A stretch of 64,000 nucleotides of DNA, from positions 480,001-544,000 of the forward strand of contig CAXXMV010000006.1 of assembly GCA_963662285.2 (NCBI GenBank), given 5' to 3'. A program made the position numbers and the translations under genes. The stretch is from a bacterium (GTDB lineage Bacteria > Hinthialibacterota > Hinthialibacteria > Hinthialibacterales > Hinthialibacteraceae). Shown here in pieces: positions 10,917 through 22,519 of this stretch. Numbering within the stretch: the first letter of the stretch is position 1; the number at the start of each line of letters is the position of its first letter. The notes beneath the pieces are model-generated. The model had not been told where the DNA came from. It worked only from the letters and a program-made list of their open reading frames with translations, and did not search any database.

Positions 10917-13900
10917 ATGAAATACACGCGTATAGGGAGAAGAATTATGTCTCGATTGAATAAACGTACTTTCATACCATGGGTTCTGTTTTTCTGGCCA
11001 ATTCTACTCTGTTCAATTTATTCCCACGCGGATTCCGCATTACAATTCAACTTATTTGATGAAACAGGCATATCCAAGGGCGTTTGCGCGATACTTGGCG
11101 CCGACAGTGTGGAACTAGGCGTAGAAATTGCAAAAACCGGGGATTACTTCGTCCATGTTATCGATCCACAAAGCGAACAAATTGAAAAAGCCCAGCACAT
11201 CGCCGATGTGAGTGGATTGTATGGAAACAAAATAACTGTTGAGAAAAGTTCCTTTTCCCCGCTTCCTTATGTAAACAACTTTCTCGATTTCGTCATTATT
11301 GCAAATGCAGACAAAGACAATCTAAGCCGTGTTCCTATCCAGGAAATCATGCGCGTTCTTCGCCCTGAAGGATATGTTATTATCGGCAATCCCGATCCCA
11401 AGGCGAACTTTTCTATACAAGATATAAGAAAACTTGCAAGTAAAGTTGATCTGATAAACTCAAAAGTCATTGATAATTCAAAAGGTAAATGGCTATTCAT
11501 GTCTAAGCCTCTGAATAAGGGGATTGATGATTGGAGAATGTGGGAGCATGGACCGGATAATAATCCTGTCTCAACCGATGAAATTATCAGGTCTCCTTTC
11601 ATGACCCAATGGCTAGGTACTCCGTTTTATAACACTATGCCAATGATCACTACGGCATCAGGTGGGCGTCTTTTTCTGGCCATGGGGCACATTGCTCATC
11701 ACCGGCGTGAGGAACCCTGGTTAAATACTCTTCTCGCGCGGAACGGCTATAACGGAACCATTCTTTGGAACCGTAAATTGCCTGACGGATATCTCGTACA
11801 TCGGTCCGCCTACATTGCCACTCCGGAAACCTTTTACATGATAGATATGGATGGATCAGGTTGTTTAATGTTAGATCCGGAAACCGGTTCAGAGCAAGGC
11901 AAAATTGAAATTCCGGATATTCGCGGTGAGTGGAAATGGATTTCCATGGTCGATGGTATGCTCTACGCTATGGTGGGAAAACAGAAAGATCCAGCGGAAA
12001 CCACTATCGTACGCAGCGAGTTTTCTCATTGGAGCTGGGGAGAACTGAGCAAGGGCTATTACGCTGATCGCGTACCCTGGGGATTCGGAGAAACATTGTT
12101 GGCGTACGATCTCAAGGAAAAAAAATTGCTATGGACGCATTCCGAAGAAAAATCCATTGATTCAAGGTCTCTATCGATTGGAGGAGGACGGTTGTATTTT
12201 TATGGTCCCGATTCGCATGTTGCTTGTCTAGACTTGGAATCAGGCAACATTGGCTGGAAAAACGATGATCCCGATTTGATCCGTTTAATAGAAGAAAAAG
12301 GCCGCGGTTTGGGATCAACTCCTGGATTCCGCTCTATGTGCTTTTCGTTATATACTCCAGCTGCTCTTTATCTCCAAGCGCAGACCCGACAGAACCTCGT
12401 AGCCGTATCCCTCAAAGACGGTCGCTATTTATGGAGCCGACAGAAAACAACCAACAATCCCAATATGCTTTTTACAGACGGTATGTTATATGCTGGAATC
12501 GGGCCGGATGGAAACACTCTTGAATTAGATCCATTAACAGGTGAAACCAAGCGGGATTTAGGCTTCAAAAAGCGTTCCTGCGCCAGATTGACGGCAACTC
12601 TAGAATCGTTTTTTTGTCGCGGCTGGAATGAAGGCATGACACGGTATGATAGAAAAACCGGTCAAATACAATTTAACGGCGCCTTCCGTTTATCATGCAA
12701 TGATGGAATGCTTCCCGCTAATGGTTTAATCTACACTGGCCCCTGGCCCTGTGATTGCAACTTATCATTGATGGGGCACATTTCCCTTTGTTCCGCTGGT
12801 GATTTTTCTTTTGAGAATAACATCGATCTTCCCGGACGATTAGAGTATGGTTCGGGAGATGCATTGCATGTCGATGATTTTGCTTGTGATGAAACTGATT
12901 GGCATACATATCGCAGTAACAACAAACATAACAGTTCTTCATCTGTGTCTATCCCTGAACGGATTATGAAAATATGGGAGTATAATCCAAAATTTCCATT
13001 CCAAGCCACTGCTCCTACAAGTGCTGGTGGACTTCTTTTTATCGGGGGAGATGACGGAAAAATACGCGCCATCGATTCGGCTACAGGAAAAGTCAAGTGG
13101 ATATACCGGACTGGGGGGACAATTCTTCAACCGCCCTCGATTTGGAATGGGCGCGTGTACGTTGGTTCAAGCGATGGTTCCATTTACGCGCTAGAAGCAA
13201 CGACGGGACGTTTATTGTGGCGTTTCCGCGCCTCGCCAATCGAACGACGCACTATGGTATATAATTCACTCAGTTCAACTTGGCCAGTGCATTCAGGTGT
13301 TCTTGTTCAAGATGGAATTGCATACGCGGCGGCCGGGATTATCGATTATGATGGAACCTTCGTCTATGCGCTTGATGCCATTACCGGAAAAGTCATCTGG
13401 CATAATAGTTCAAGTGGACATTTGGATCGTGATCTTCGCAAAGGCATCTCTGCACAGGGAACTATGACGATCCTGAAAGATCGTTTGTGGATGGCGGGCG
13501 GTAATGTTATCTCACCAGCTATATATGATCTTAAGACAGGAGATTATTTAGGAGCCAAACCCGTAGATGGTTCTCCTCAATCCAACCGTGGAGAAGAAAT
13601 AGGCGTCATCGGAGAATCTATTTTACAGGGAGGGAAATTGCGCTATACAACGGGTGAGAACGTCGTTAATCCGGCTCATTTTGACGCATTGACTCTTGAT
13701 AGCAAAGGGAATCCGCAGCTTTTATCCGTTCTGCATCAAGGCAAAATCCCTCCTGCCTGGAATGATCAGATAATAGTATATACTGATAGCCGCAATACGA
13801 TTCCGAAATGCAGTACCATTGATAACGCCATAACCAGCCCTGCGCAGAGAAGACGGTCTGGTATATCTAAAAATGTCTGGCAGGCTGATTCGTTGTATGG

Positions 13901-14804
13901 CAGCGACGCTGTTTCGCTGGCATTAGCAAAGAATGCTCTTTTAACCGTAAATGAAATACCGCGTCAACGATGGTTGGAAACGCGTTGGAGATTGAACATA
14001 TTAAATATAAAAGATGGATCAGCAATCGGACATCACGATTTATCTTCTCCCGCACAAACGGGCGGCTTGCTGATTGATAGGGATGGTAAAATTATTGTCA
14101 TTCACGAAGGTGGAAATATTTCCTGTTTTGGCGATTTGAACGCGCTTCGTCAATACGCAAGTTCTCTCGCAAATGAAGCGGGGGCGGAAGAAGGTAAGCG
14201 GTATTATAGAAGAACATTGATATCCGCGTTGAATATCGTTCATGATCCCGATGCGCGTTCGTCGTTGATCCGGGACTTAAAAGAAATTGGCGTCGATGTC
14301 GGAATCGCTGCGCAACAAGCTGGCTATATAGTAGATTGGAATATTCTCGATCCTATCCCTTGGGATATCGGCGATCCACATTCCGATGAAACTGTTATCG
14401 GAGCGCCGGACCTTATCCCTGATCGAACGTATCAAATAAAAAATATCGAATATACCTGGAACTCATATCGTACGCACTTGAATCATGGAGCCATTGACCT
14501 GGATCAGATTTTTGGGGAATGCAACAATTCTGCCATTTATGCTTATGCCGAATTCGAATGCGCCATAACTACCCGCGCTCAATTAATGATTGGCAGTAAT
14601 GATGGATACCGGTGCTGGCTCAATGGCGAAATTGTAGGAACCTTTGATGGCGGAAGGGCATACCGTGTTGATGAAGATAATATAACAGTTACTGTCCACA
14701 AAGGATTAAACCGGATTCTTTTGAAGGTTACCCAACACGGGAACGCATGGGCTTATGGCGTCCGCTTGCTGGATCAAAACGGTTGTGCGATTGTTGTACA
14801 ATAG
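10917..14804 (+). CDS. Large secreted PQQ-like beta-propeller protein with an N-terminal methyltransferase-like domain and a C-terminal beta-sandwich
   Basis: Signal peptide; LPYVNNFLD...EIMRVLRPEG methyltransferase-like motifs; many A-x-D-x-x-T-G-x-x-x-W repeats; C-terminal GSNDGYRCWLNG...GLNRILLKV. The true start may be 10947. Confidence 0.8.
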   Translation: MKYTRIGRRIMSRLNKRTFIPWVLFFWPILLCSIYSHADSALQFNLFDETGISKGVCAILGADSVELGVEIAKTGDYFVHVIDPQSEQIEKAQHIADVSGLYGNKITVEKSSFSPLPYVNNFLDFVIIANADKDNLSRVPIQEIMRVLRPEGYVIIGNPDPKANFSIQDIRKLASKVDLINSKVIDNSKGKWLFMSKPLNKGIDDWRMWEHGPDNNPVSTDEIIRSPFMTQWLGTPFYNTMPMITTASGGRLFLAMGHIAHHRREEPWLNTLLARNGYNGTILWNRKLPDGYLVHRSAYIATPETFYMIDMDGSGCLMLDPETGSEQGKIEIPDIRGEWKWISMVDGMLYAMVGKQKDPAETTIVRSEFSHWSWGELSKGYYADRVPWGFGETLLAYDLKEKKLLWTHSEEKSIDSRSLSIGGGRLYFYGPDSHVACLDLESGNIGWKNDDPDLIRLIEEKGRGLGSTPGFRSMCFSLYTPAALYLQAQTRQNLVAVSLKDGRYLWSRQKTTNNPNMLFTDGMLYAGIGPDGNTLELDPLTGETKRDLGFKKRSCARLTATLESFFCRGWNEGMTRYDRKTGQIQFNGAFRLSCNDGMLPANGLIYTGPWPCDCNLSLMGHISLCSAGDFSFENNIDLPGRLEYGSGDALHVDDFACDETDWHTYRSNNKHNSSSSVSIPERIMKIWEYNPKFPFQATAPTSAGGLLFIGGDDGKIRAIDSATGKVKWIYRTGGTILQPPSIWNGRVYVGSSDGSIYALEATTGRLLWRFRASPIERRTMVYNSLSSTWPVHSGVLVQDGIAYAAAGIIDYDGTFVYALDAITGKVIWHNSSSGHLDRDLRKGISAQGTMTILKDRLWMAGGNVISPAIYDLKTGDYLGAKPVDGSPQSNRGEEIGVIGESILQGGKLRYTTGENVVNPAHFDALTLDSKGNPQLLSVLHQGKIPPAWNDQIIVYTDSRNTIPKCSTIDNAITSPAQRRRSGISKNVWQADSLYGSDAVSLALAKNALLTVNEIPRQRWLETRWRLNILNIKDGSAIGHHDLSSPAQTGGLLIDRDGKIIVIHEGGNISCFGDLNALRQYASSLANEAGAEEGKRYYRRTLISALNIVHDPDARSSLIRDLKEIGVDVGIAAQQAGYIVDWNILDPIPWDIGDPHSDETVIGAPDLIPDRTYQIKNIEYTWNSYRTHLNHGAIDLDQIFGECNNSAIYAYAEFECAITTRAQLMIGSNDGYRCWLNGEIVGTFDGGRAYRVDEDNITVTVHKGLNRILLKVTQHGNAWAYGVRLLDQNGCAIVVQ

Positions 14805-15074
14805 CCAAGAACTCTGCATAATCCTTCACTGTAGGGACGCCAAATATAGATTCGCCCATAACATTTACAGGAGGTCTGAAATCATTCTGCATATGCGCCT
14901 CCCACACTATAGACATTCAATTGCAATTGTATACATATCTTCCAAAATTAAGGTGTACCTCATTGTCAAGACAGAAATCAAGTAATTGTGAAGTAGGCTT
15001 TCGACCTCGATTTCTCTCAATTCAAGTCTCCGTATTTGGGAGCCTGAAATCATGATGATTCCTGATTTTCATAC

Positions 15075-15293
15075 TTACTTGCCGATATTATCTACAAGAG
15101 GAGAGTTTCGTTCTTTCAATTGTTGGTAGATGGAATCTGCAGTGCCGAGATACTCCGAGCGCGTGCGAACCCGGCTTTTCCCAGAACCTCGAGTTTTACC
15201 CTGATTATCGGGATCAATTTTCTCACGCCAAGTGGTTTGATAGTAATAGCAGGTGTTACCATGAATTTGTTTTGCATATATTTTACCGGCCAT
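15075..15293 (-). pseudogene. Truncated transposase N-terminus, IS1634-like
   Basis: KQIHGNTCYYYQTTWR...RSEYLGTAD resembles IS1634-family N-termini; only 72 aa long. A possible IS end, CCTGAGTTTTCC on the minus strand, lies at about 15444-15455. Confidence 0.55.
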
Positions 15294-15649
15294 AATGTCA
15301 CCTTACTCGTTGAATGTAACATTACATACAGTATTTTATACCCACTTATAAAGGCTGTCAATAATATTTTATGTAACTTTACGCAAATGAGCACGATAAA
15401 TCCTATGAATTAAAACGCTTAGAGAAATTAATTATTTGAAATTGGAAAACTCAGGTTAAATAAACAAATTCTATCAAACAGATACAGTCCAATATTAAGC
15501 ATTGATCTGTTGGTTTTTAATCAGATTGTTCACATTACAACTTTATGAATAATAGAAAATCCAGGAACAATAAATCCGCCTAAATATAACATCTTCCATA
15601 ACACAAGTAATATCAATACAAAACAACAATGTGAAAAATTTTTATATTA

Positions 15650-15666
15650 TTGGCATGCTGATTGCC
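15650..15666 (+). promoter_or_regulatory. Sigma54 (-24/-12) promoter of amtB-glnK
   Basis: TTGGCATGCTGATTGC has GG-N10-GC spacing and lies about 90 nt upstream of amtB, a classic RpoN/Ntr target. Confidence 0.8.
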
Positions 15667-15752
15667 ATTACATAAATTCGGCCTATTTTATTGACATTAT
15701 TTGACTTGGCCATGTATTAATTTACACAGCATAACTACCAAGGGGAACTTGA

Positions 15753-17455
<1,703 letters not shown>

Positions 17456-17462
17456 AATATTC

Positions 17463-17548
17463 GTAGGCTGGGTCGCGTTTTATGACCTACCGATTCTAGT
17501 TAACTACAGGTGGCTTATGGTGGGTCGGTGAGGCGCGACCCACCATAC
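17463..17548. repeat. Inverted pair of GTAG/GTAT-type REP-like hairpins (family A)
   Basis: GTAGGCTGGGTCGCG...GACCTACC (17463-17491) and ATGGTGGGTCG...CGACCCACCATAC (17517-17548), lying between convergent genes. Confidence 0.65.
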
Positions 17549-19394
17549 TTGAGCACGCCAAACCGACTTTTTCAAATATCATATCGAGCCAATTACTGTA
17601 GGTCCATTGCCGGGCGATTCTTTTTTGGCCCTGTTCTCTGATCCGGTCGGCTTCATCGATGTGTTCTAAATAATAGGTCACCTGCTCCGCCAGTTCATTA
17701 ACGCTTTGATAGCGTATCATCTCTTTGCCGGGTTCGAGGAACTGGGAAAAATCGCCGTCGCTGATTAAGAAGCCCCCCATACCGGCGACATTGAAGTACC
17801 GCATGTTGGGGCTGGTTACATTGCCTACCGAATGGATGTTGACGAAGATGTGTCCCTCATTAAACAGAGCCGGTTCTTCAGCAATAGGCAGGTATCTCTG
17901 ATAACAATTCTTCAGCGCAGAATCTTCAGCGTTATCAGCCCAGTTGCCAAATAGCGCCAGCCCCTTATCAGCGATGCATTCCAATAATATTCGTCGCCGT
18001 GCTGCGGTGCATTGGCAGAGCAGGTAGCGGAAAATATCATAATACTCCTGCTCGTTTTCAACCTGCGGCATTGGATTGGCTTCCAGATAATCAAACAGAT
18101 TCAGTTGAAGATCGAAATTACTCAGTTCCTGTTCGGCATGAAGAATGGCGTTCCACAGCTGGGAGCGTTTCAACATTTTCGTGCGAAATCTCTGTTCGTC
18201 TTCTTTTGGTAAACCCAAAGGATTGCCCACGAAAACGATGGGATAACGGCGTGATGTTTGAACTGGTTGGTCTTCGGAGTAATTGGCCATGATCGGAACG
18301 AAAAATGGATTGGGCGCCCCGCGTTCAATATAAGCGGGCATCAGTTTGCGCTCGGCGATGGCGCTGTACTCATTCTGATAATAGCGGCGGTCGTAATAAG
18401 CGAAGTTAGACGCCGCCTGCACCCAGGGAACGCCCAGCGCTTCAAAAATCTCCTGTCCCACAATCTGGGGAGCATGATAGGCGTAACTGATAATCAAATC
18501 GGGTTGAAAATCTTTGAGGTTTGCTAAAAGCGACCGGATATAAAAGCGGCGGTAATCCGCTTCATGCATATCAAAGCGGTGACCTTGCAACGCAACCGTT
18601 TTTACATCTACGCCCCGTTGTCGCAAAGCCTTTTCTATTGAGCGGATATGCAGCCCCTGAGGAAACTCTCCCCAACACTCAAACAGCATAACCCGCTCAA
18701 CCGTCTTCTCATTTTTCTGCGCTGCATTCTGGCGTAAGCACTCAATTACTTCAGCGCTTTTTTGATGTTCTTTATCTGATCCGGCGTTGTATTGATCCAG
18801 GAAATTATGATATTTAGCCTGCTGATCTTCTGGATTGGAAAAATAAGCGTAGACTTTTTCTCTTCCCCATAGATTATATTGATTGATGCTTTGCAAAACA
18901 GTTGCAATATCATCTTCACCAATGGCAAGATGATATCTTCCACTAGCTAGAGCGTTGCGCATATCGAAGACTAACATGGCTGAGCGCAGCCGGGCGGCGC
19001 TCGGTTCAATCACCAGAACCGTAGTTCGGGGATTCTTCAACAGGGCGTCGGCGGCGATGCGTAAGGCGTAGCCCGTAGATGTTCCCAGAAATATGACTAA
19101 TCCAGCGTCTCTGGAAATCATCTTCAAACGAGTTTGTATTGCCGCCAGTTCCTGTCGGGGATGGTTTTCGCCGAAAATCCACCGGCTGGGATCAGACTGC
19201 GTTTTACAGCGTACAAATCCACCAAATTCCTGCAAGAGCAATTCTTCCGCTCCCTGGTTATTTTTGATCTTCTCAAAAAATTCCGCATCAAAAGCAGACA
19301 GATATTGGAGATTATCTTTCAGCAAAGGGGTTACAACCGCCCTGAGGGGAATCCAGGGTGGTTGTGATTGGGTTGTATCATTGTGATTCTGCAT
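17496..19394 (-). CDS. CgeB-like (Glyco_trans_1_2) glycosyltransferase with a Maf-like N-terminal Rossmann region
   Basis: C-terminal IFVNIH...NMRYFNVAGMGGFLISD...EPGKEM...YYLEH...GQKRI; N-terminal VIFLGTSTGY...VLVIEP. Confidence 0.75.
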   Translation of the reverse strand: MQNHNDTTQSQPPWIPLRAVVTPLLKDNLQYLSAFDAEFFEKIKNNQGAEELLLQEFGGFVRCKTQSDPSRWIFGENHPRQELAAIQTRLKMISRDAGLVIFLGTSTGYALRIAADALLKNPRTTVLVIEPSAARLRSAMLVFDMRNALASGRYHLAIGEDDIATVLQSINQYNLWGREKVYAYFSNPEDQQAKYHNFLDQYNAGSDKEHQKSAEVIECLRQNAAQKNEKTVERVMLFECWGEFPQGLHIRSIEKALRQRGVDVKTVALQGHRFDMHEADYRRFYIRSLLANLKDFQPDLIISYAYHAPQIVGQEIFEALGVPWVQAASNFAYYDRRYYQNEYSAIAERKLMPAYIERGAPNPFFVPIMANYSEDQPVQTSRRYPIVFVGNPLGLPKEDEQRFRTKMLKRSQLWNAILHAEQELSNFDLQLNLFDYLEANPMPQVENEQEYYDIFRYLLCQCTAARRRILLECIADKGLALFGNWADNAEDSALKNCYQRYLPIAEEPALFNEGHIFVNIHSVGNVTSPNMRYFNVAGMGGFLISDGDFSQFLEPGKEMIRYQSVNELAEQVTYYLEHIDEADRIREQGQKRIARQWTYSNWLDMIFEKVGLACSSMVGRASPTHHKPPVVN

Positions 19395-19430
19395 AAAAGC
19401 CTATTTATAAATCCATCCCGAAATCATAGA

Positions 19431-20822
19431 TTAGCCTAAAGTCCAGGGTTCACGGTACTCGTAATGCAGTAGTTTATTTGCATCATCATTATTGGTGATG
19501 CGCTCATTTTCGGCGTCCCATTCGATGCGGCATTTGGTCGCCAAAGCGATGTTGGCTAAATGGGCGAAAGTGGTTGAGCGATGCCCGGTTTCAATGTCGC
19601 AGTTACAGCGCTTTCTCGACTTGACGCAATCCAGGAAATTACGCACATGCTGGTCAGTAAGGTCTTGATCCATCCGTTTTACTTCAACTGCTTTGATTGA
19701 TGGACTCTTTTTTTGGAACTGACCGTTGTCCGAAGGAATAATCTTATATCCGCTGCCTTCTGAACCGGTATATAGGTTGCCCAGTGTTCCACGGAATTCA
19801 ACCTCGCCTTGTTCAATAGCGGTTCCCCCGCATGCTTCATACTGCCCGAATATCAGAAGGGTTTTGCAGGGCATTTCAAATATCACCTCCATGGTATCGG
19901 GAACAGTGCGGTCATCATCAATAGCGAACCGTCCGCCATGGGCTGAGACCGATATAGGCGCTTGCTGATCAAGCGCCCAGCGCATGGCGTCCAGGTAGTG
20001 AACTCCCCAGTTGGCCATTTGCGACGAATATGATTCCCACCAGCGGAACTTATAGGGCGCGATATTCCTACGGCTGTCCCGATCAGCCCGTGGACCAAGC
20101 CACATGTCCCAATCAAGACCCTCTACCGGTTTAGAATCAGGGTATTTGCCGATGCCGTCCTGATACATATTGCTGATGCGGTAGGCGCGGGCGACGGTTA
20201 CTTTACCGATGGCGTCAGCGCCGATCAGTTCAGCGGTTTTTTTATAAAGATTAGACGAGCGGCGGTGCAGACCAACCTGGTTGACTCTTCTGCTGCGTTG
20301 GGCGGCCTCGGCCATCTTACGTCCTTCATGGATGGTTATCGATAAAGGTTTTTCAACATAAACGTCTTTACCCGCTTCAAAGGCCATGATAGCCATGATG
20401 GCATGCCAATGATCCGGCGTGGCGATGCATACCGCATCGATATCCTTGCGTTCCAAGACGCGGCGAAAATCGTTATAACGTTCCACCGATGCATCAAACT
20501 TTTCATCTAATTTGGGAATTCGACCACCAAGCGACTTGAGTAATTCCTTGTCCACTTTCGCTAAGTTTCGTTGCCGAAATGGTTCATAAACATCGCATAA
20601 TGCCGCGACGTTCATATCCGGTTGTTTCATGAAACTATGCAGAAGTTGAGTGCCCCGGTTGCCAACGCCTATGAAGCCTACTTTAACAGTATCGTTAGGT
20701 TTAGTGGAAGAAAGAACAGCGGGAGCTTTTGCCGCATGCAATCCAAACGCCGCGCCAGTTGCAGTAAGCGTAGACTTTCGAAGGAACTCTCGTCTCTGTG
20801 TCTTATCATTACCATTGGTCAT
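19431..20822 (-). CDS. Tat-exported Gfo/Idh/MocA family oxidoreductase
   Basis: QRREFL Tat motif; GFIGVGNRG, IATPDHWH, VYVEKP and NWGVH motifs. Confidence 0.92.
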   Translation of the reverse strand: MTNGNDKTQRREFLRKSTLTATGAAFGLHAAKAPAVLSSTKPNDTVKVGFIGVGNRGTQLLHSFMKQPDMNVAALCDVYEPFRQRNLAKVDKELLKSLGGRIPKLDEKFDASVERYNDFRRVLERKDIDAVCIATPDHWHAIMAIMAFEAGKDVYVEKPLSITIHEGRKMAEAAQRSRRVNQVGLHRRSSNLYKKTAELIGADAIGKVTVARAYRISNMYQDGIGKYPDSKPVEGLDWDMWLGPRADRDSRRNIAPYKFRWWESYSSQMANWGVHYLDAMRWALDQQAPISVSAHGGRFAIDDDRTVPDTMEVIFEMPCKTLLIFGQYEACGGTAIEQGEVEFRGTLGNLYTGSEGSGYKIIPSDNGQFQKKSPSIKAVEVKRMDQDLTDQHVRNFLDCVKSRKRCNCDIETGHRSTTFAHLANIALATKCRIEWDAENERITNNDDANKLLHYEYREPWTLG

Positions 20823-21056
20823 GACGTAAAACCCCCTATAGGATTGTATTGATTCTTATTATCGGATTGATTATACGCATTAAAAACCACAACCTCTATA
20901 GTGATTAAGCAAAGTTTTTGACTTTTTAACGTTTCTCCATATATTATGAAATGAGTCTATATTAGTTTTATGAGTGTGATTATAATTCCACCTTAGCGGT
21001 TTTGGATGAGGATTTTTATGTTATATTTTTCTTGAAATTTAATATCAGCGGGTGCT

Positions 21057-22427
21057 ATGTTTGTAATGAATATAAAAAAGAGTTGCATTTATCTTGGAAT
21101 AATTGTGTTGCTTTCGGTTTTTCTCAAAATCTTGATCTTTGGCATTACGGTTGTAGGTGATGAGGAATTGATATCAGGAGATATGCCCGGTTACTTATTA
21201 TTGGCTGACTCCATTTATCAAAAGCAATCGTTCGGGTCTTTTGAGGATGGGCAATTTCATCCCAATATCAGACGAACTCCCGGATATCCGGTTTTTATTG
21301 CGGTTCATAAACTCTTTTTCGGGAATTCACTGATTCCACTGTTTATTACACAAATATTGATGTCATCTTTATTGGCTGTTTTTGTGTATAGCATCACTAG
21401 AAAGATGACCGGTTCTACCATGATTGCTTTCCTTGGCGCAATCATGATTGCGTTAGAGCCGACCTACATTCACTTTTGTTTGTTACCCCTGACCGACATG
21501 TTTTTCACCTTTGTGCTGGTAGTCTCTGTTGCGTCATTTATCAAGTGGAAAGAATCCTCGGCAACCTGGTGGTTGTGTCTTTCGGCGTTTTTGCTATCTG
21601 TGTCCGTTCTTACCCGGCCTATTGCAATATTTTTATTTATTGTTTTTATTCCTTTTATATGCTTTTACAATGCCAATTGGAAATCCAGTGCAGTGAACTG
21701 TCTGATTTGGATCATAATTAGCGTGGCGCCAGTTGCGGGATGGATTGTACGAAATGCGGTTGTAGTTGGAGTTCCCCAATTATCTTCTATATCGTCAGTG
21801 AATATGTTGTTCTACCGGGGAGCTGGGGTGAAATCAAAATTAGAAGGAATACCCTGGTCTCAGGCAAAAAAAAATTTACAAGATGAAGCCATAGAATATA
21901 AAGAAATCCATAATCCAACTCAAAAGGAATACTTGGATTATCTATCGAGTCAAGGAATTAAATTGATTTTGAATCATCCTGTGTTGTATGCCAGAGTTCA
22001 TGCGGAAGGAGTGGCTCAAATGCTTTTTGGCCCCGCTTTGCGCTATGTTTTTTGGAGGTTAGGATTCCCGCAAGAAGGTTTTGGCATATTAACCGCTTTA
22101 AATAACGGGGATTTATCAGAAGGGATTAAAGCCTTAAAAAACAAAGGATTATTCTCTGTTTTTTTGGGAGGCATTGAATTGGCGTATTGTCTGGCGTTGT
22201 TTTTTTTAGTCGGTTTCGGTTTATTTTATTATCCCCGGTTCGGCTGGTGTTTTCTATTGGTATGTATAATATCGGCCTATTTCATAGTTCTATCAGGAGG
22301 GCCGGAAGCCGGAGCGCGTTTCAGGATGCCTCTATTACCTTTTTGGATTCCATTAGCGTTAAGTGGTTTGATGATTATATGTGAAAAATTGGGCTGTGTT
22401 CTAAATGACAAGGATAGATATAAATAA
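21057..22427 (+). CDS. Polytopic membrane GT-C glycosyltransferase (ArnT/PMT-like)
   Basis: Many TM segments; RTPGYP, LTD, LTRP and RFRMP motifs. Confidence 0.75.
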   Translation: MFVMNIKKSCIYLGIIVLLSVFLKILIFGITVVGDEELISGDMPGYLLLADSIYQKQSFGSFEDGQFHPNIRRTPGYPVFIAVHKLFFGNSLIPLFITQILMSSLLAVFVYSITRKMTGSTMIAFLGAIMIALEPTYIHFCLLPLTDMFFTFVLVVSVASFIKWKESSATWWLCLSAFLLSVSVLTRPIAIFLFIVFIPFICFYNANWKSSAVNCLIWIIISVAPVAGWIVRNAVVVGVPQLSSISSVNMLFYRGAGVKSKLEGIPWSQAKKNLQDEAIEYKEIHNPTQKEYLDYLSSQGIKLILNHPVLYARVHAEGVAQMLFGPALRYVFWRLGFPQEGFGILTALNNGDLSEGIKALKNKGLFSVFLGGIELAYCLALFFLVGFGLFYYPRFGWCFLLVCIISAYFIVLSGGPEAGARFRMPLLPFWIPLALSGLMIICEKLGCVLNDKDRYK

Positions 22428-22446
22428 TATAGCAATAGAAAACTTT

Positions 22447-22472
22447 GGGGGGCTGATATATGTCAGCCCCCC
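22447..22472. terminator. Hairpin between convergent genes (probable bidirectional terminator)
   Basis: GGGGGCTGA-TATATG-TCAGCCCCC. Confidence 0.65.
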
Positions 22473-22519
22473 TACCTAATATAGAATCTTAAAAATAAAT
22501 GCTATTTCCGTGCTGGATA

